A program made the translations under genes and the position numbers. From NCBI GenBank assembly GCA_963555755.3, contig OY820905.2:3968001-4032000 (forward strand): a stretch of DNA of 64,000 nucleotides. The letters are read 5' to 3'. Under the pieces are notes generated by a model. It was not told the DNA's origin. It made no database searches and saw only the letters and a program-made list of their open reading frames with translations. Source of the stretch: Nitrospirales bacterium. Its GTDB lineage: Bacteria; Nitrospirota; Nitrospiria; Nitrospirales; UBA8639. Below are positions 42,658-53,106 of the stretch, piece by piece (within the stretch, counting starts at the first letter, position 1; every line of letters begins with the position of its first letter).

Positions 42658-43530
42658 GTGGAGAAAGAAAACATGGCTGAGCAAAGTTTTGTGAAAAGCA
42701 TAGTTAAGAAAACGGTTGTCGGTGTGGTGATAGGGGTTGTGTTGGTGATTGTGGCTCAATACATCCACGTGGTGCTCAATTTAGTGACTGGTGCGACTGG
42801 TGAGGATGAATTTCATCCCTTTCCTCAAGTGTTCCAGATTATGTTCTTTATTTATGCGATGTTGGGAGCCTTTGTCTTTATTTTATTGGATGCTCCCCCT
42901 ATGCCACGTGTTGAAGGTGTTAAAGCGATCATTAGTCTTCTCATTTTCTATGTCGTCCTGTCCGGGGCCTACATTGGTGGCGCGAGCATTCTGCCGCAGT
43001 ACGATCCTGAAATTGAAAAGGGAAAAATTACCAAGGTCTTGAAACTGCGGAAAGCGAGATCCCAGCAGGGTAAAGCCGAAGAGTTGATTGCCCGAGCCAA
43101 AGTCTTGAATGAACGGGCCAGATCTATTGAACAACAGTTACGGGCTCTTGGTGGCGCGAAGATTGTCGTGGAAGTAGAGTCCGGTCCAGCGTCAGGTGCT
43201 GCGGCAGGTGATTTGGTGGCTTTGGGCCTAGAGCAGTGGGATCTTCAGGAATGTTACAATTGTCACAAACTCTTTGGTAAAGGCGGGAAAAAACGCGGGC
43301 CGAAGATGGATAATATTGGAAATCTCATGACCCCTGAACAATTGAGAGAAAAAATTCTGTATCCCAAGAGTTGGAAGGCCGAGGGGTTTGATAAGCAGTT
43401 CAAGAAAGGCAAAATGCCGGACAAATATAAAGATCTGATGTTCGATGAGGAGGTTGATGCTCTCGTGGCTTTTCTCGCGACGCTCAAAGACGCATCGGTA
43501 GACACGCCGAAGCCCATCAAGATGAAATAA
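42658..43530 (+). CDS. Membrane-anchored cytochrome c
   Basis: 3 TM helices plus CYNCH; the start may be ATG 42673. Confidence 0.85.
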   Translation: MEKENMAEQSFVKSIVKKTVVGVVIGVVLVIVAQYIHVVLNLVTGATGEDEFHPFPQVFQIMFFIYAMLGAFVFILLDAPPMPRVEGVKAIISLLIFYVVLSGAYIGGASILPQYDPEIEKGKITKVLKLRKARSQQGKAEELIARAKVLNERARSIEQQLRALGGAKIVVEVESGPASGAAAGDLVALGLEQWDLQECYNCHKLFGKGGKKRGPKMDNIGNLMTPEQLREKILYPKSWKAEGFDKQFKKGKMPDKYKDLMFDEEVDALVAFLATLKDASVDTPKPIKMK

Positions 43531-43554
43531 ATATCCATAAGGTCTTGTCATCGT

Positions 43555-44499
43555 ATGCAACCAAAATTAGCAGCAAAAGCACGGTGTTCGGACGGAGAAG
43601 TTGGGAAGATTTCCAAGGTTATTCTTGACCCGCTTTCTCGCGAAATCAGTCATGTCGTCGTGAGTGAGTACAGCGGTCAGAGAATGGATCGGCAAGTTCC
43701 TGTTAGCCAGATCCAAGAGGTTCCCAATGAAGAGGAGGTTGTCCTCCGGTGCTCATCGGCAGAGTTTGGGCAATTTCCTGTGCTGGACCGTGATTGTTAC
43801 GTGACGATTCACGATCTTGAAATAGCCCATCTTGAAGACAATCTGCATGTGGAACCTGGCGAAATCCTCGTTCCGTATCCGAGACTTGAGCATGGCATTC
43901 CACGCCGAAGTTTTTTTGCCAATATGACCCATGCGATCGGTGCATTAATTGCCTTGCCATTCGCCTATCCCGTGCTGAAATTTATCATGCAGCCTATGTA
44001 TAGGCCGTGGGATAATTCTTGGTTTTCAGTCGGAAATGTCAAAAAGATAAAAAAAGAAAATATTGGCTACCAGTTTAAGTTTACCCGTGGATTTAAAGAA
44101 GCGTTTATGCCCGAGCAGCAGATTGAAAAAAATATTTGGGTCGTCAAAGCCACCCCTGAAGTTCAAAAAGCAGTATACGGGGGGAAGGATAAAAAGTTCC
44201 ACGACGATAAAGGTGAGGTGGTCTGGGTCAATAAAGCCAATAACCCGTATATTGGCTTTTCTGGAAAATGTCCGCATCTAGGGTGTGGATATAAATGGCG
44301 AAGAACGAAGAATTACCCGGATGGGGTGTTTTTGTGTCCCTGTCATTTGAGTCTTTACGATGAAGCCGGAATGGTGATTGATGGCCCAGCCCCTAGGGCC
44401 TTGGATGTCCTGCCGATGGAAGTGAATGCGGCCGGGGAAGTCAAGATCATCGATGTTGAATATAAAGCCGGTGTTAAAAAACAAATACGACTTCTTTAA
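43555..44499 (+). CDS. Rieske Fe-S protein with an N-terminal PRC-barrel-like domain
   Basis: CPHLGC and CPCHLS motifs, internal RRSFF Tat-like motif. Confidence 0.9.
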   Translation: MQPKLAAKARCSDGEVGKISKVILDPLSREISHVVVSEYSGQRMDRQVPVSQIQEVPNEEEVVLRCSSAEFGQFPVLDRDCYVTIHDLEIAHLEDNLHVEPGEILVPYPRLEHGIPRRSFFANMTHAIGALIALPFAYPVLKFIMQPMYRPWDNSWFSVGNVKKIKKENIGYQFKFTRGFKEAFMPEQQIEKNIWVVKATPEVQKAVYGGKDKKFHDDKGEVVWVNKANNPYIGFSGKCPHLGCGYKWRRTKNYPDGVFLCPCHLSLYDEAGMVIDGPAPRALDVLPMEVNAAGEVKIIDVEYKAGVKKQIRLL

Positions 44500-44516
44500 A
44501 TGTACATAAGGTATTC

Positions 44517-45629
44517 ATGAGCGGCCCCCCAGATCCAGTGAACGAACCCAACGTGTTTGAAAAAGTTGTCGACTTTGTCGACGAGCGAGTTGGCTTAAAA
44601 ACCATTCAGGCTAAAATGTTGAATGAGCCCGTTCCTGGCGGCTCTCGATGGGCCTATGCGTTTGGGTCTGTCCTGCTCTTTATTTTTATCTTACAAGTGG
44701 TCACGGGCATCTTGTTGATGTTTTACTATGTGCCCAGCACGGACCATGCCTATGCCAGCACTCAATACATTATTCATGAAGTGGATTACGGATGGTTCCT
44801 GCTGAGCTACCATTTCTGGGGATCATCGGCAATGGTCGTGATGGTTTTTGCCCATATGTCCCAGGTCTTTCTGTGGGGAGCCTATAAGAAACCCCGTGAA
44901 TTGGTGTGGTTGGTGGGGCTAGCCCTCTTTGGGATTGTGATGGCGTTTGGGTTTACGGGGTATCTACTCCCTTGGGATCAACGGGCTTTTTGGGCCACGG
45001 TGGTAGGCGTCGAGATCATGGACAAAACTCCCCTCATTGGAGATTTCATGGCTCGCTTTTTGAAGGGTGGCCCCACACCCGGGCAAATGACTATCAGCCG
45101 GTTTTTTGTGATTCATGTGATGGTTCTTCCGGGCGCCTTGATGGGTCTGGCTGGTCTCCACATCTTTTTATTCCGTAAGGCAGGGCCTGCAGGGCCATTC
45201 AGGGGAACACCCGAGGAACTCAAAGCCAAGACGGATTATTTTTTCCCAAGGCAGATCTGGAAAGATATCGTGGCGATGGCCTCGGTATTCCTGATTATTT
45301 GCAGTTTGGCGTTTATTGAACCGGTCGTGTTATTGGAAGAGGCCACCCCTGATCCTGGTGACTACCACCCCGAGCCGGAATGGTATTTTTTGTTTCTGTT
45401 TCAGCTCTTACGTTTAAAAATCTTTGGTGGGGAAATTGGGCAATTTTTTGGATCTATCGCCCTTCCAGGCGCATTTATGGCGTTATTGGCGGTGCTCCCA
45501 TTTATTGATACAAGCCCAGAGCGTAATATTTTTAAACGGCCTGCGTCTTTGATTGGGTGGATTCTTGTCATGCTCATGATTCTTGTCTTTACCGTTTCGG
45601 CTATCATTAATAGAGAGTTTCTTGATTAA
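44517..45629 (+). CDS. Cytochrome b of a bc complex
   Basis: FTGYLLPWDQ and PEWY motifs, heme His residues. Confidence 0.93.
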   Translation: MSGPPDPVNEPNVFEKVVDFVDERVGLKTIQAKMLNEPVPGGSRWAYAFGSVLLFIFILQVVTGILLMFYYVPSTDHAYASTQYIIHEVDYGWFLLSYHFWGSSAMVVMVFAHMSQVFLWGAYKKPRELVWLVGLALFGIVMAFGFTGYLLPWDQRAFWATVVGVEIMDKTPLIGDFMARFLKGGPTPGQMTISRFFVIHVMVLPGALMGLAGLHIFLFRKAGPAGPFRGTPEELKAKTDYFFPRQIWKDIVAMASVFLIICSLAFIEPVVLLEEATPDPGDYHPEPEWYFLFLFQLLRLKIFGGEIGQFFGSIALPGAFMALLAVLPFIDTSPERNIFKRPASLIGWILVMLMILVFTVSAIINREFLD

Positions 45630-45635
45630 ACCCTT

Positions 45636-46496
45636 ATGTCGAATGTCAAACTAGGGCTTCTTGTTTTTTGGCCGACCTTTTGGACGGGCTTTCCCTTAAA
45701 AATGGTGATCGTCCTTCTCCTTCTGGCTGCCCATATTCATCCCTGGGAAGGAACTGGTCTTGCGGCATTGTTGCTTCTTTCCATTCCCATCGACATTTGG
45801 GCCCTTGGCTTATGCGCACGAACCGTTTTTCTTGAAAGACTGAGTCTCGATTCACCAAAAGGCATGGGTCTTCGTTTATGGGCGCACTGGGCGGTTTTTT
45901 CTGCTATTTATCTTCCTCTTTTGTTTTTTATCGTTGGTGGAGCGAAAGCCCTGGCCATCTCCGCGACCGAAGCGACGATCCATTTTGTGGAAGAAAGTTT
46001 TATGGTGATTCCCATTGCGGAAAAGATTACCTTAGAGTTGCTCATGTGGTCTACGCCAACAACACTCGTTCTGATTGCCATGTTGTGTGGATGGATGGTT
46101 GGGCTAGGGGCCTTGACCCAACGCCAGGTTCGAGCCTCGACTCCGGTGGGTGGCACGTTTCAGGACATCGTGTATCAATGGGATTCCATTCGAATTCCCA
46201 AAGACCAACCGTTGTTATTGACTGCTTTTATGGGAGTGGGAGTGGTGTTGGTTGTGCTGTTTTGGGGATTGATCCCAGTGAGTACTCCCCATCCGCATGA
46301 AGACTACGAATTCATTAATGTTAAAAAAGTCGAAAAGAGAATCGTTCCCAAGGATGTCCTGAAAAGCGCAGCGAAAGTCCTGGCTCGTGCAGAAGCTACC
46401 ATAATAGAGTTAGAAAAAAAGAATCTAGAAGGTGACAAATCTAAGGACGATAAAAAGACGGCGGCCAAGGAAGAGCCGAAACCTTCACCCAAATAA
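45636..46496 (+). CDS. Hypothetical membrane protein
   Basis: Several TM segments, within the operon. Confidence 0.8.
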   Translation: MSNVKLGLLVFWPTFWTGFPLKMVIVLLLLAAHIHPWEGTGLAALLLLSIPIDIWALGLCARTVFLERLSLDSPKGMGLRLWAHWAVFSAIYLPLLFFIVGGAKALAISATEATIHFVEESFMVIPIAEKITLELLMWSTPTTLVLIAMLCGWMVGLGALTQRQVRASTPVGGTFQDIVYQWDSIRIPKDQPLLLTAFMGVGVVLVVLFWGLIPVSTPHPHEDYEFINVKKVEKRIVPKDVLKSAAKVLARAEATIIELEKKNLEGDKSKDDKKTAAKEEPKPSPK

Positions 46497-46568
46497 GATC
46501 AACGCCATGACCATCGAGAACATGATCTTTACCAGCTTTATAGGTGACACATCGATGAGGGAACACAT

Positions 46569-48479
46569 ATGAAAAACCACGACACATTAAAACTTCAGTC
46601 CTGGTTGCCAAAGGTGAAAGCATCATCCCTCTCTGGGTGGAGTGTCTTTTTGGCATTTCTTCTCCTTCCAGCATTCGTCTGGGCTCAAGATGCTGCGACG
46701 CTCGCGATGTCGGTGGAATATCGTGATGTTCCAGGAATTGGGAGTCGCAATCTTATATGGATCGTGGCCCAACAACATTTGCTGTTAGCTGGGTTTGTAC
46801 TTGGGGTGCCAATCTTTGCCTGGATCTGTGAAATCGTGGGATGGAAGACCAATGAACCTCGATACGACAAACTCGCAAAAGAATTTACGAAACTATTGAC
46901 GTCAGCCTATGCCACGACAGCGTTGTTTGGTGGAATTCTGCTTTTCCTATTGATTGGGCTGTATCCCAAACTCATGGCGTATCTCTCCGACATCTTTTTC
47001 CCTTCCTTTATTGCCTACTCTATCTTATTCCTTCTCGAAACCGCCACATTGTATTTGTATTGGTATGGGTGGGATGTCATGCAAGGAAACAAAAAGGTCT
47101 TTCATCTCTTTTTGGGATTCCTGCTGAACTTATTTGCGTTGGGCATCATGATGATTCCCAATAGCTGGGCGACCTTCCAAGCCAGCCCTGTCGTGGTGAC
47201 GGATGGTACGGCAATCGAACGGGCTTGGGCGGCTATGCAAAATCCGACCTGGTGGCCGGTCAATATCCACCGGTTTATTGCCAATATCGTGTTGGGTGGT
47301 TTCATTTGCGGGGCCTATGCAGGGGTACGGTATCTTCTAGCTGCCACGAAAGAAGAACGAGAACGCTACGACTGGATGGGATATGTCGGGAACTTCATCG
47401 GAGTGTTTGGCATGCTCCCCCTTCCCTTCGCGGGTTATTGGTTGATGCGGGAGGTCTATCAATATAATCAGCAAATGGGCATTACTTTGATGGGAGGATT
47501 TTTAGCCTGGCTCTTTATTCTCCAAGCCATGTTGATTGGCGTGCTCTTCCTAGGCGCGAACTATTATTTCTGGATGGGCATTACGTATCGGGTTCCGGGA
47601 GTTGCGGAGAGTTACAAAAAACCCATTTTGGCGATGCTCATTGTCTTGATGGTTTCCCTGGCAGTGTGGATGACTCCTCATTCCCTTGTGGCGAGCCTTC
47701 AGGAAGCTCGGCAAATGGGTGGAACCCACCATCCATTGCTTGGGGTCTTTGGCGTCATGTCAGCCAAGATGACCGTGGCAAATCTCATGATTCTGGTGAC
47801 CTTCATAAGTTTCCTCATGTATTGGCGTGCTGGTAAACAAGAAACCGCTGCATGGGCCAAAATAGCGAAGGCGGTCATGGGGGCCTTGCTCGTCATCGCG
47901 GGGCTTGCGGTGATTGTCTTGGGTGTATGGGGATATTTTGTTCCGGCCATCATTCGGATCAATTACTTCTCGGTGGCCCAGGTGCTCATTGTCTTGTTTA
48001 TCATGGTCACGTTTACCCCCTTGACGGCCCTATTGATGAAAAGTGCGAAAACCACGACTGAAATGGTTTGGGGTCAAATGCCTATTAGGGCGGGATATAC
48101 ACTCGTATCCAATGCCGTCATGGTCATTTTGCTAATGTCCCTCATGGGTTACGCCCGATCGTCTTCACGAGTGCATTGGCACATCTATGGCGTGATGCGT
48201 GATACATCTGAGTATGCCTATTCCCCGGCACTCGGGTATGCTGCGGCCTTTATGTCGCTGAATACCTTTGTGTTCTGTATGATAGTGGCGTTTATTTTTT
48301 GGGTGGCCACCATGGGGGATAAGGCCACACAAGGCCCGGAACAAGGACAACCTGAAGAAAGTCTGGCGAAAATTCCTGGAGGAGTGGCTCCGGCCATGGC
48401 AGGCGGATCCCCACGTGAAGGACAGACATTCGTGAATCAAGTTCCTATGAATCTTCCTAACAAGAATGAGGACACATGA
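46569..48479 (+). CDS. Cytochrome bd oxidase subunit I-like protein (2)
   Basis: QQHLLLAGF, NIHRFIAN, WMTPH and GTHHP motifs. Confidence 0.82.
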   Translation: MKNHDTLKLQSWLPKVKASSLSGWSVFLAFLLLPAFVWAQDAATLAMSVEYRDVPGIGSRNLIWIVAQQHLLLAGFVLGVPIFAWICEIVGWKTNEPRYDKLAKEFTKLLTSAYATTALFGGILLFLLIGLYPKLMAYLSDIFFPSFIAYSILFLLETATLYLYWYGWDVMQGNKKVFHLFLGFLLNLFALGIMMIPNSWATFQASPVVVTDGTAIERAWAAMQNPTWWPVNIHRFIANIVLGGFICGAYAGVRYLLAATKEERERYDWMGYVGNFIGVFGMLPLPFAGYWLMREVYQYNQQMGITLMGGFLAWLFILQAMLIGVLFLGANYYFWMGITYRVPGVAESYKKPILAMLIVLMVSLAVWMTPHSLVASLQEARQMGGTHHPLLGVFGVMSAKMTVANLMILVTFISFLMYWRAGKQETAAWAKIAKAVMGALLVIAGLAVIVLGVWGYFVPAIIRINYFSVAQVLIVLFIMVTFTPLTALLMKSAKTTTEMVWGQMPIRAGYTLVSNAVMVILLMSLMGYARSSSRVHWHIYGVMRDTSEYAYSPALGYAAAFMSLNTFVFCMIVAFIFWVATMGDKATQGPEQGQPEESLAKIPGGVAPAMAGGSPREGQTFVNQVPMNLPNKNEDT

Positions 48480-49081
48480 GTGAAGTTGCCTTACTTCAAT
48501 TGATTGGGCTGTGTGTGGTTGGAACAGGGATTCTCATTCTCCTTTTCATCAAAGCCATGTTTGTCCGGGTCCTAGGATTTGTGATTATTATGTTAGGGGT
48601 CTTTACCCTGATCGCGCTAGGGGTTCCCCAAATGGCTTCTCTTCCGCCGGCGGTGGAATCATTTGATATTGCGAGTGTCAAGACACCGGATGATTTGGCC
48701 TCAATTGGACAGAAAATATTTTTCAGCAAAGGGCAATGTGCCTTGTGTCATTCGATCGGTCCGAGTGAGTCGGCTCGATGCCCAGACCTGGCGGGAATTG
48801 GTGCCAAACTGGCCCCTGAATTTATTTATGAAAGTTTAACGCAGCCCCAGGCTTATGTTTACCAAGATTATCGTCACGAGGGACTTCCTGAGGAATATCC
48901 TGCTCGAATGCCCCATATCAATAAAAACCCCATTGCCCTTTCCGAGCAAGAAATTTACTCGGTCATCGCCTTCCTGCAAAAAATGAGTGGGGAACCCATT
49001 AGCATCAAGGTAGAAGATGTCATGAACATAGATGCGGGGGAAATGAAAGTCGCTTTGTTAGCGGGGCATGGTGGGAATTAA
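48476..49081 (+). CDS. Membrane cytochrome c
   Basis: 2 TM helices plus CALCH. Confidence 0.88.
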   Translation: MSEVALLQLIGLCVVGTGILILLFIKAMFVRVLGFVIIMLGVFTLIALGVPQMASLPPAVESFDIASVKTPDDLASIGQKIFFSKGQCALCHSIGPSESARCPDLAGIGAKLAPEFIYESLTQPQAYVYQDYRHEGLPEEYPARMPHINKNPIALSEQEIYSVIAFLQKMSGEPISIKVEDVMNIDAGEMKVALLAGHGGN

Positions 49082-49140
49082 TCGAATTAGAAGTGCACAT
49101 AGATAGCCGGTTATTCACAGCGTAAATAGGAGAGTGACAC

Positions 49141-49866
49141 ATGAAAGGCCCACTTTTTAATACAGCGGTCGTGTTGGCCGGTATTTACGTGTTCCTCAAG
49201 TTCATTCTCCCCCTGTTCACCGCGCCACTCCCCGCGAGCCTAATATTTTTGTATCTCGCGCTAACCTTAGGTGCCCTCATGATATTTTACACGATGAGTG
49301 GGGAATCACTTGAGGCCTTTATGGGCCCGGTTCACCGATTTTTGGTTGGAGAAGGTCAAACCGGTGTCGCAAATATTGCGAGGCTCCTGGTGTTCATTGT
49401 GTTTCCACTGCTCGTTGGATGGCAAACCTATACCAAGTTAGCGCCAAGCGATGACCCACCCCCAGAAAGCCGGACCATCCATCCAGCACCACCTGGGGAG
49501 TTTGTGGGATTGGCGAATCCGTATCCTAAAAATAACCAAACAATTCAGGAAGGTAAGGGAATTTATGCATCCAACTGTTCGCCTTGCCATGGAGAAAATT
49601 TTGATGGAAAAGGTTTAGCGGCTGTAGGGTTTAATCCCCCCCCAGCAAATTTCAGTGATCCGGGAACCATTGCGCAGCTTCAAGAATCGTATCTCTTCTG
49701 GCGCATCAAGAAGGGCGGAGTGGGTTTACCGGTTGAGGGAATGCCATGGAAATCGGCTATGCCTCGATGGGAACACGAATTGTCTGATGAGAAAATCTGG
49801 AAGGTGATTATTGGAGAATATGATGGTGCTCATCAGTCGCCGAGAACGTGGGAAGAAGAAGAATAA
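49141..49866 (+). CDS. Membrane cytochrome c
   Basis: 3 TM helices plus CSPCH, distal SAMP. Confidence 0.88.
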   Translation: MKGPLFNTAVVLAGIYVFLKFILPLFTAPLPASLIFLYLALTLGALMIFYTMSGESLEAFMGPVHRFLVGEGQTGVANIARLLVFIVFPLLVGWQTYTKLAPSDDPPPESRTIHPAPPGEFVGLANPYPKNNQTIQEGKGIYASNCSPCHGENFDGKGLAAVGFNPPPANFSDPGTIAQLQESYLFWRIKKGGVGLPVEGMPWKSAMPRWEHELSDEKIWKVIIGEYDGAHQSPRTWEEEE

Positions 49867-49925
49867 AAGGACGCAGACCCATAGGGTATGGCTTGTTACT
49901 ACCTAGGAATGTGAGGAGTCTTAAC

Positions 49926-50765
49926 ATGGCAGGTCGAAAAATACTCATGGTGGCTCTGGTTACCACCCTTTGGTATGGATGGCTGGGAGCTTCATGGGTT
50001 TTTCCCAGTGATCCTCCGCCAGCAGGAGAAGAACTAGAGAGCGTAGCGGTTCGTGTGTATCTGACAGAAGGGGCCCTTCCTTCGGACGATCCACACTCCG
50101 CAGTGTGGGATTCCGCGGCGCCTTCAGAATTTAAATTAGCTCCGCAGGTGCATTGGCCGGATCGGATTCAAGAAGCTACGGTGAAATCAGTAAAAGTTCG
50201 AGGCCTTCATAATGGTCAAGACGTTGCAATTCTTGTGGAGTACCAGGATCCGACAGAAGATGCTGCGGATGCGGCAGCCTTAGAGTTCATGGTTGGAGAC
50301 AAGAAGGCACATTTTGCGCATGGCCAGGAACTGCTCCAGGTTGAAGGCGGTCCGGTCAATATTTGGTACTGGAAAAAAGCCAACGGTAAAGGGACCGACA
50401 TGAGCGCCAAAGGTTTTAAGACTCTTCGGCCTCAGGATCAGCAGGATGTGTCTGCAACGGGTGCGTGGCAGGATGGGACCTGGAAGGTGGTATTTTCACG
50501 CCCCTTAGAGACAGGTGATGAGCATGATGTCCAGATCAATCCAGGTGAATGGATCAGCGTGGCGTTTGCGTTTTGGGATGGACAAATTGTGGATGGGGCT
50601 ATCAAGGAACAAGGTTCACAGAAGGCGGTCTCTTCTTGGTGGTATATCCGTGCCGAACCGCAGCCAGATAATTCTATATATGGCTATGTCGTGTTGGGCA
50701 TTGCGATGGCTGTAGGCTTTGAATTTTTCTTGATACGGAAAATCCGAAGAGGTAATCAGGCATGA
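49926..50765 (+). CDS. DMSO-reductase type II heme b / ethylbenzene dehydrogenase gamma-like protein
   Basis: PVNIWYWK, WKVVFSRPL, AFAFWDG..QK motifs; C-terminal TM helix. Confidence 0.78.
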   Translation: MAGRKILMVALVTTLWYGWLGASWVFPSDPPPAGEELESVAVRVYLTEGALPSDDPHSAVWDSAAPSEFKLAPQVHWPDRIQEATVKSVKVRGLHNGQDVAILVEYQDPTEDAADAAALEFMVGDKKAHFAHGQELLQVEGGPVNIWYWKKANGKGTDMSAKGFKTLRPQDQQDVSATGAWQDGTWKVVFSRPLETGDEHDVQINPGEWISVAFAFWDGQIVDGAIKEQGSQKAVSSWWYIRAEPQPDNSIYGYVVLGIAMAVGFEFFLIRKIRRGNQA

Positions 50766-51796
50766 AGGGGGAACGAGCCATGCAGCGGGTACTGAGCAGG
50801 GTCGCAATCGGTGTAGCGGTGATGTTTGCGGTGACAAGCGGTTGTGCCTTGTTTGAAGATGAGAGGACCACAAAAGGCCGAAAGCTCTACCACCATTATT
50901 GCATGCACTGTCATGGGGAAAATGGGCAACAGGCCGAAGGGTTCAACTGGGACCGCATGCCCGATCCTCGTCCACGGGATTTATCAGAAGACGCAACGAT
51001 GTCCACATTTTCGGATAAAGAAATTTTCGATACCATCTCCCGTGACATGAGAGATACCTCTCTTCAAGAAGTGAATGATGATATGAATTACTTCGCCGTG
51101 GCCACGATGCCAACGTTTAAATATACCCTTTCGGAAGAAGAAATCTGGGCTGTAGTGGGCTATGTTCGAACTCTCCATGGTGGTGATTTCAGCTTTGATT
51201 TGGAAAGTCGACGCCAGCAATTAGAGACTAGCTACCAAGATGCCAAACAAGCATTAGATATTGCCAACCAAGCATTAGAAGCGGTGGAGGAAAAACGAGA
51301 CGCTGAAATCGAAGCCGAGGAAGCCGCTGCCGAGGCAGCGGGAGACGAAGATTTTGAGGCTGAGGAAATTGAGCTTCCTGAAGAGGAATTAGCAATACAA
51401 GCAGAGATCAAACACGATGAAGCGAAGGCAGCGTTTGAAAATTTCACCAAGCGGCCCAAACGTTTCAGCATTGCCCGTCCGGATTTAACAGTCGCTGACG
51501 ATGAACGTGAGGCCCTTGAAGAAGAAGGCAAGCACCTTTATTCCAATAAATATGGGTGTAATGGCTGTCACAGTATTGGCGATGTGGGTGGCTTGGTGGG
51601 CCCGGCTTTAGACCGTGCCGGATTCCGGCTCAATGATACCTGGGTGTATCGCTGGATCCGGTATCCCCAAGGAATAAAAAAGCACACGCGGATGCCGAAC
51701 TTAGGCTTCAATGATCATGATGCAAGAGCAGTGACCGCTTACATTGAGACCTTGCGAGCCCCCAAACCTGACAAACCGATTCCACCACCAGAATAA
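50762..51796 (+). CDS. Diheme cytochrome c lipoprotein
   Basis: TSGC lipobox, CMHCH and CNGCH, acidic linker. Confidence 0.9.
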   Translation: MKGERAMQRVLSRVAIGVAVMFAVTSGCALFEDERTTKGRKLYHHYCMHCHGENGQQAEGFNWDRMPDPRPRDLSEDATMSTFSDKEIFDTISRDMRDTSLQEVNDDMNYFAVATMPTFKYTLSEEEIWAVVGYVRTLHGGDFSFDLESRRQQLETSYQDAKQALDIANQALEAVEEKRDAEIEAEEAAAEAAGDEDFEAEEIELPEEELAIQAEIKHDEAKAAFENFTKRPKRFSIARPDLTVADDEREALEEEGKHLYSNKYGCNGCHSIGDVGGLVGPALDRAGFRLNDTWVYRWIRYPQGIKKHTRMPNLGFNDHDARAVTAYIETLRAPKPDKPIPPPE

Positions 51797-51825
51797 ACGT
51801 TTCGGGATTAATTCAAAATTCACTA

Positions 51826-51849
51826 AAAAGGCCGCTCTGCGGCCTTTTT
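51826..51849. terminator. Bidirectional intrinsic terminator
   Basis: aaaaaggccgc-tct-gcggcctttttt-like hairpin between convergent genes. Confidence 0.85.
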
Positions 51850-51882
51850 ATTTTTTCCCCACAATGTGGGGTTTAGAACCAT

Positions 51883-52782
51883 CTACAATGTTCCTAGCCA
51901 AATTCCGCCTAAAATAACAAGTCCTACTCCGACATGTTGCTTGAACATGGCGAAGGCCTCTGACGGGTTCACCTCTGTTCGTAAACGCCACACTTGTTGA
52001 CTTAAAAACCCTGCCAGCCCGGCGAGTACTCCATAGAAAGCCAGGTTGAGATGTTCCAGCCATCCGGCAACGCCGAGAAACGCGACCATCCCGATTTCAA
52101 AAATCCCCACAGCTACCCAGGCGTGTGATCCAAAAAGTATCGCGGACGATTTCACTCCGACTTGAATGTCGTCGTTCCGATCTTGGAGGGCATAGATGGT
52201 GTCATACGCTACCGCCCAGCAAATAGTGGCGGCAAACAGAAGCCAAGCAGAGGGTTCCAACTGATTGCGCGTGGCGGCCCAGGCCATCACCGCTCCCCAT
52301 CCGAAAGCCAATCCCAAAAAAAATTGAGGGACATGAAAGAAGCGTTTGGTAAATGGGTAGAATGTGGCAAGTCCAAGGGCAATGGGGCTGAGCCATATTG
52401 TCAGTCGATTTAAAAAAACCAGCAGGCCAACCGCAAGTACAAGGATGCCGCCGAGAAGCAGTAGTGCGTGAATGGGACGAAGGTCACCGCTGGCCAGCGG
52501 CCGGGTTTTGGTTCTGGTGATTTGTCGATCAAATGACTGATCGGCCAAATCATTCATAATCACTCCGGCGCTCCGCATGAGCAAGGCCCCAAGCGAAAAG
52601 ATGAGTAACAAGGACGGGGACGGTGTCCCGTTCGAGGCGAGGACCAAAGCCCAGAATGAGGGAAGTAGGAGGAGAAGGGTGCCGGTTTGATTTCGGAGTC
52701 GAATGAGTGAAGCCAAATGTGCGATGAAGGGGCCAGGCTGTGAGGACGGAAAAACGGAATGGCCTTGTCCTGAAGTGGGCAT
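51883..52782 (-). CDS. ubiA: 4-hydroxybenzoate polyprenyltransferase
   Basis: GTLLLLLP, NDLADQSFD..RT..RPLASG and YDTIYALQD motifs; start uncertain. Confidence 0.92.
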   Translation of the reverse strand: MPTSGQGHSVFPSSQPGPFIAHLASLIRLRNQTGTLLLLLPSFWALVLASNGTPSPSLLLIFSLGALLMRSAGVIMNDLADQSFDRQITRTKTRPLASGDLRPIHALLLLGGILVLAVGLLVFLNRLTIWLSPIALGLATFYPFTKRFFHVPQFFLGLAFGWGAVMAWAATRNQLEPSAWLLFAATICWAVAYDTIYALQDRNDDIQVGVKSSAILFGSHAWVAVGIFEIGMVAFLGVAGWLEHLNLAFYGVLAGLAGFLSQQVWRLRTEVNPSEAFAMFKQHVGVGLVILGGIWLGTL

Positions 52783-52869
52783 CGACACAGACCTTAACCT
52801 AGGGAAAAAAAATCTGTCAACGACATGCGGATTCAACAGTGTTGTGATTCAAAAGAAACAGAACCCTAA

Positions 52870-53048
52870 GGACCTGAGGGAAAATAACTTGGACATCTCG
52901 CATCCAATCTTCGGGCCATCTTTGAACGGACCTCAATCGAAAAACCCTCAACATAGCTGTGCTATGTCTCGGGTTTTCCTCAATCGTTCCGTCCAAATCC
53001 GACCCAAATCTTGGCGCGATATTGTCCAAGTTATTTTCTCTCAGGTCC
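52870..53048 (-). repeat. MITE family C copy (179 bp)
   Basis: Reverse complement of 16642-16820, TAA on both flanks. Confidence 0.9.
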
Positions 53049-53106
53049 TAAGGCTCGGTGTGGTCACACCCGTGAAAGAGTTTTCTAAGAGATGGCTGGA
53101 GCGTTG

